Shown here one piece after another: positions 14,790 through 17,636 of a stretch of DNA of 17,636 bases. Numbering within the stretch: the first letter of the stretch is position 1; every line of letters starts with the position of its first letter. A program made the translations under genes and the position numbers. The DNA lies in contig JALWQS010000094.1 of the NCBI GenBank assembly GCA_027083015.1, forward strand, positions 1-17,636, read 5' to 3'. The notes under the pieces are model-generated. The model did no database searches. It had not been told where the DNA came from and was given only the letters and a program-made list of their open reading frames with translations. The stretch comes from Candidatus Woesearchaeota archaeon. Lineage in GTDB: Archaea; Nanobdellota; Nanobdellia; Woesearchaeales; UBA11576.

Positions 14790-15329
14790 TTATCCTTTAG
14801 CAGAATTAAGAAAGACAAAGAGCGCCCCAAGGATTATGATAATGAGAAGCAGATCCAACACCTGACTCGTAAAGAACGGTGTGAAGTCTATCTTAGCTTT
14901 TTCTTCATTAGAACTCATAGCATCAGACAGGGAAAAAGAGGGTTTTTCAAGCAGTTTCTCTCCGAAGACCTGGCTGGCACCAAAAGAGACGGCAGAGATT
15001 ATCAGGATATAAGTAAGGATACGCAAGAACCCGAGCCGTTTCATGAAAGGATAGATGCTCTCCTCTCTCATCTGAAGAGCATAAAAGATAGCCCATACTC
15101 CTGCAAGAAACAAAATAACAAGAACGACCAAAGGAACAGAAAGGGCGACTATCTTAAGAAGAGGAAGGTATATAATAGTGGCTACTCCGACAATGATCAG
15201 GACCGCTGATGTGACAGATGGGTTCTTAGCGAACCAGCTTATGCGAAGCAACCCTGCTCTGGCTATTATGATAAGCAATATGAACCCAAAGATCATAGCG
15301 ATAGGGTTTGATAAGTGTGAGATAACCAT
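14790..15329 (-). CDS. Polytopic membrane protein, function unknown, 179 aa
   Basis: About five hydrophobic helices. A TATA-like GTTTTAAAAAAG lies 20 nt upstream of the ATG. No motif recognised. Confidence 0.68.
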   Translation of the reverse strand: MVISHLSNPIAMIFGFILLIIIARAGLLRISWFAKNPSVTSAVLIIVGVATIIYLPLLKIVALSVPLVVLVILFLAGVWAIFYALQMREESIYPFMKRLGFLRILTYILIISAVSFGASQVFGEKLLEKPSFSLSDAMSSNEEKAKIDFTPFFTSQVLDLLLIIIILGALFVFLNSAKG

Positions 15330-15395
15330 ATCTGGTGCTAATGAAAGCTCTTTTTTAAAACTTACTAAACATGACTACCTGTAGATGGTGACAAA

Positions 15396-15407
15396 GTTTA
15401 TTAATAT
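15396..15407 (+). promoter_or_regulatory. TATA-like box GTTTATTAATAT, 20 nt upstream of the taw3 ATG
   Basis: Position and composition match the pattern seen at other first genes in this window. Confidence 0.4.
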
Positions 15408-15427
15408 CCTTCCAAACCTGAAAAAGT

Positions 15428-16003
15428 ATGAATACATCATTCGAACTGGACAAGAAAAACGCATTAGGAAAAGACGATAAGTCCTCAAAAGGATCATGGG
15501 ACGAGAAAATAATACCATTATGCGATGCTATAAACAGCAAAGACAACTATTACACAACATCAAGCTGCGCAGGAAGGATGGTATTGCTGAAGATCCCCGG
15601 GTCAGGCACAAAAGCAGATGCTGAATGGCTATTCGTATCACACGATAAGTTCAGCCTGGAACAGCTCAAAGAATCAATCAAAGAAGTGCCTGAAGAACAG
15701 GTAGTCTATAGGTATGAGCCGTTCATAATACATGTTGTTTGCCGCACGATAGAAGACGCAGACAAACTGTTAAGGCTTGTAAGAAGCATAGGACTGAAAC
15801 GCTGCGGAATAATATCACTAAGCAAAAAGATAACTGTAGAGATTATAGGCACAGCAAACATAAGCACATTATTCTCGCAAGAAAAAAAGATACTTCTTCC
15901 AGAAGAATATATAAGGATAATGATAGAGACATCAAATATGCTGTTAGAAGGAAACTGGAAGATACTGGACATGCTGACCAGATTATTAGAGAAAAAACTC
16001 TAA
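15428..16003 (+). CDS. taw3: tRNA wybutosine-synthesizing protein 3 homologue (Taw3/TYW3 methyltransferase), 191 aa
   Basis: TYW3 family motifs: KGSWDEKIIPLCDAIN, YYTTSSCAGR, YEPFIIHVVCRTIEDA, GLKRCGI. Confidence 0.87.
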   Translation: MNTSFELDKKNALGKDDKSSKGSWDEKIIPLCDAINSKDNYYTTSSCAGRMVLLKIPGSGTKADAEWLFVSHDKFSLEQLKESIKEVPEEQVVYRYEPFIIHVVCRTIEDADKLLRLVRSIGLKRCGIISLSKKITVEIIGTANISTLFSQEKKILLPEEYIRIMIETSNMLLEGNWKILDMLTRLLEKKL

Positions 16004-16025
16004 AAAAGGATCAGAAATCAGGAAG

Positions 16026-16325
16026 TTACTCTTCATCATCAACAGTAAAAAGTCGCGAATCCTTAACCTTAAACAACCTAATTCTCGCTCCTGCATCAAG
16101 CCAGCCATGAGCATAATTTAGAGCTGCAAAAGCAAGAACCCTGTCACCTTTCTCAGCAAAATGCTGAGCATCACGAAAATACCTCTCGGCCATATCAAGG
16201 AAATCCTTAGCTTCTTCAAGACGACCTTCATCAAGACCCTTATCCTTAACCATATCAAGAGCTTCTTTAGTTATAGAAAAATACTTATCAAGCTTTTCAG
16301 AAGTCACAACATCATTAATAGTCAT
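16026..16325 (-). CDS. DUF357 family protein, 99 aa
   Basis: All-helical small protein with the ALNYAHGWLDAGARI motif, which I recognise as the DUF357 signature. Its ATG overlaps the upstream gene's stop codon (ATGA, 16322-16325). Confidence 0.8.
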   Translation of the reverse strand: MTINDVVTSEKLDKYFSITKEALDMVKDKGLDEGRLEEAKDFLDMAERYFRDAQHFAEKGDRVLAFAALNYAHGWLDAGARIRLFKVKDSRLFTVDDEE

Positions 16326-16942
16326 ACGATCATCCCACTGCTCATCGCATGCGCCAAGAGTATGAAGAATATCAGAAAAGTTATTATCACAAATACGAAG
16401 ATGAAACTCAATATCCTTACAAACAAAAGCTCGCTCCGGATACTAAGGTACATGAAAACACCTGCAAGCAGGAAAACAAAGAGGATGAAAAACAAGAACT
16501 GGATGTAATGACCATTAGTGATAATATTAGGATAGAAAACAAAGAATATCAGGTACAGGTAAGTAAGCAGGCCGACAAAGACAGGGATCAAGACAGGACT
16601 ATATTTCGCCATCCAGGGAGCAAAACCCTTCTTCCTCTCAACATTAAACAATTCCTTAGCCAATTCAAGCTCTTCATGAACAAAACGTGAATCTTTAGGT
16701 GAGTCTTTCAATAGATTTTTTTCTTTTTCAGAGCTGGCAGAAGTCCTCTTCTTTCTGGCAGAGCCTTTAGCTTTAGAAGTTCTGCTCTTTCTTTTAGAAC
16801 TCTTAAATCCCTTCTTGTCACTATTGGTAGCTTTTGTACGAGCCTTTCTGCCAGTAGCTTTCTTATTTTTAGTAGCAGGTCTATTTATGCGTTTAACATT
16901 TCTTTTTACAGAACTGCCTTGACCTCTTTTTTTAGCTGGCAT
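16322..16942 (-). CDS. Membrane protein with an extremely basic Lys/Arg/Ser/Thr-rich N-terminal tail, 206 aa
   Basis: By hand count, about 30 of the first 75 residues are K or R (MPAKKRGQGSSVKRNVKRINRPATKNKKATGRKARTK...). About three strongly hydrophobic Phe/Ile/Leu-rich helices follow. A TATA-like TTATTTAAATAAAA lies 16 nt upstream. Confidence 0.75.
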   Translation of the reverse strand: MPAKKRGQGSSVKRNVKRINRPATKNKKATGRKARTKATNSDKKGFKSSKRKSRTSKAKGSARKKRTSASSEKEKNLLKDSPKDSRFVHEELELAKELFNVERKKGFAPWMAKYSPVLIPVFVGLLTYLYLIFFVFYPNIITNGHYIQFLFFILFVFLLAGVFMYLSIRSELLFVRILSFIFVFVIITFLIFFILLAHAMSSGMIV

Positions 16943-17054
16943 AAAAAGGTCTAAAGCACTTTTATTTAAATAATTAACTATTGGTGAAGAATAGAGGGGA
17001 CAGTAAGCGAAGGAGCAGAAAGGATGATAAGAGCACGATCAATCTTTGCGAAAG

Positions 17055-17063
17055 CTTATTAAT
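17055..17063 (+). promoter_or_regulatory. TATA-like box CTTATTAAT, 21 nt upstream of the lgt ATG
   Basis: Position and composition match the other first-gene promoters in the window. Confidence 0.4.
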
Positions 17064-17084
17064 GAGCAACCTTCAACAATCAGA

Positions 17085-17636
17085 ATGCCTTTCGTATATC
17101 ATTTCAATCCAACAATCGCGACCATAGGGCCGTTTGAGATAAGATGGTACGGACTAGTATATGTTTTCGGGTTTATAATCTCATTTCTTTACCTCCAATG
17201 GCTTATCAAGAAGAAAGAATTGGATATAACAAACGATCAGCTGTATGATTGGATTTTCTATATGATGCTGGGAGTCCTTATAGGAAGCAGATTAGTGCAT
17301 GTGATATTCTGGGATCCAAGATATTACCTCGCAAACCCGATAAAGATATTCTATTTCTGGGAAGGAGGGATGGCATTCCACGGAGGACTGGCAGGCGTCC
17401 TTATAGCAACATGGTACTTCTGGAAGTATAAGATAAACAAGAAAGTGCATTTCCTAAAACTGACAGATGCGCTGACAATACCCTCATTGTTCGCTCTGGC
17501 ATTAGGAAGAGTAGCAAACTTCATCAACGGAGAATTGCCGGGAAAAGTGACGACATGGAGCGGTTGCTGGTACTTTCCGGGCTATGAAGGATGCCGACAC
17601 CCACAAGTGCTCTATTCAGCAGCAGCAAGATTTACC
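17085..17636 (+). CDS. lgt: Prolipoprotein diacylglyceryl transferase (Lgt) homologue, 3'-truncated by the window end (184 codons seen)
   Basis: This ORF is not in the supplied track because it is open-ended. My own translation gives MPFVYHFNPTIATIGPFEIRWYGLVY..., WEGGMAFHGGLAG, GRVANFINGELPG and RHPQVLY. These correspond to the E. coli Lgt blocks as I recall them: IRWYG, GMSFHGGL, GRLGNFINGELWG and RHPSQLYE. An in-frame TAA at 17028 limits upstream extension. Confidence 0.87.
   Translation, partial: MPFVYHFNPTIATIGPFEIRWYGLVYVFGFIISFLYLQWLIKKKELDITNDQLYDWIFYMMLGVLIGSRLVHVIFWDPRYYLANPIKIFYFWEGGMAFHGGLAGVLIATWYFWKYKINKKVHFLKLTDALTIPSLFALALGRVANFINGELPGKVTTWSGCWYFPGYEGCRHPQVLYSAAARFT

Noticed and set aside
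15739-16110. A 123-aa Arg/Lys-rich ORF in an alternative plus frame that overlaps taw3 and DUF357.
   Set aside because: It overlaps two well-supported genes. Its basic composition is a frame artefact of the A/G-rich coding sequence.
16349-16690. A 113-aa ORF antisense to the basic-tail membrane protein gene. The 115-aa ORF at 16161-16508 was considered with it.
   Set aside because: Both are antisense to ORFs with a coherent transmembrane or helical architecture and promoter signals. Neither has independent support.
1-17636. A search for tRNA, rRNA, CRISPR repeats, IS elements and integrase genes.
   Set aside because: No GC-rich cloverleaf-like segments, regularly spaced repeats, or transposase or integrase-like ORFs were seen. 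All intergenic gaps are 206 nt or shorter and look like promoter and terminator DNA. This was a visual scan only, so tRNAscan-SE, Infernal and a CRISPR finder should confirm it.

Overview
This is a densely packed archaeal chromosomal fragment. Spot counts of 60-nt lines gave about 36% GC in the first 3.4 kb and about 43% after it. I can support 23 protein-coding genes and saw no rRNA, tRNA, CRISPR array or mobile element.

Archaeal identity rests on the conserved minus-strand cluster PIN - rpoE'(rpo7) - spt4 - rps24e - rps27ae at 9.7-11.6 kb, together with CDP-archaeol synthase (carS), taw3 and DUF357. Bacterial-type genes are interleaved: an lgt homologue, a Fis-type HTH protein, DUF192, UPF0182 and DUF457. 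That mix resembles small-genome uncultivated (DPANN-like) archaea, but this window cannot prove it.

Start codons of transcription-unit-first genes usually sit 16-26 nt downstream of an A/T-rich TATA-like box, which suggests leaderless mRNAs. Operon-internal genes carry GGTGA/GGAG Shine-Dalgarno sites or overlap their upstream neighbour.

Most of the window is housekeeping. I do not see a clear-cut novel multi-gene system such as a defence island. The observations most worth a second look are:
1. A divergent pair at 12.3-14.7 kb: a single-chain double Fis-type-HTH protein and a 519-aa SWIM zinc-finger protein of unknown function. They share a control region with three TGACA half-sites spaced 19-20 bp apart.
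2. Two PHP phosphoesterase paralogues, each beside an enzyme of CDP-archaeol metabolism. One overlaps a CDP-alcohol phosphatidyltransferase-like gene with a degenerate catalytic motif. The other is divergent from carS across a nested palindrome.
3. An Lgt homologue in a genome that encodes archaeal ether-lipid activation.
4. A membrane protein with an extremely basic tail, translationally coupled to DUF357.

All functional calls come from motif recognition by eye. No database search was run.
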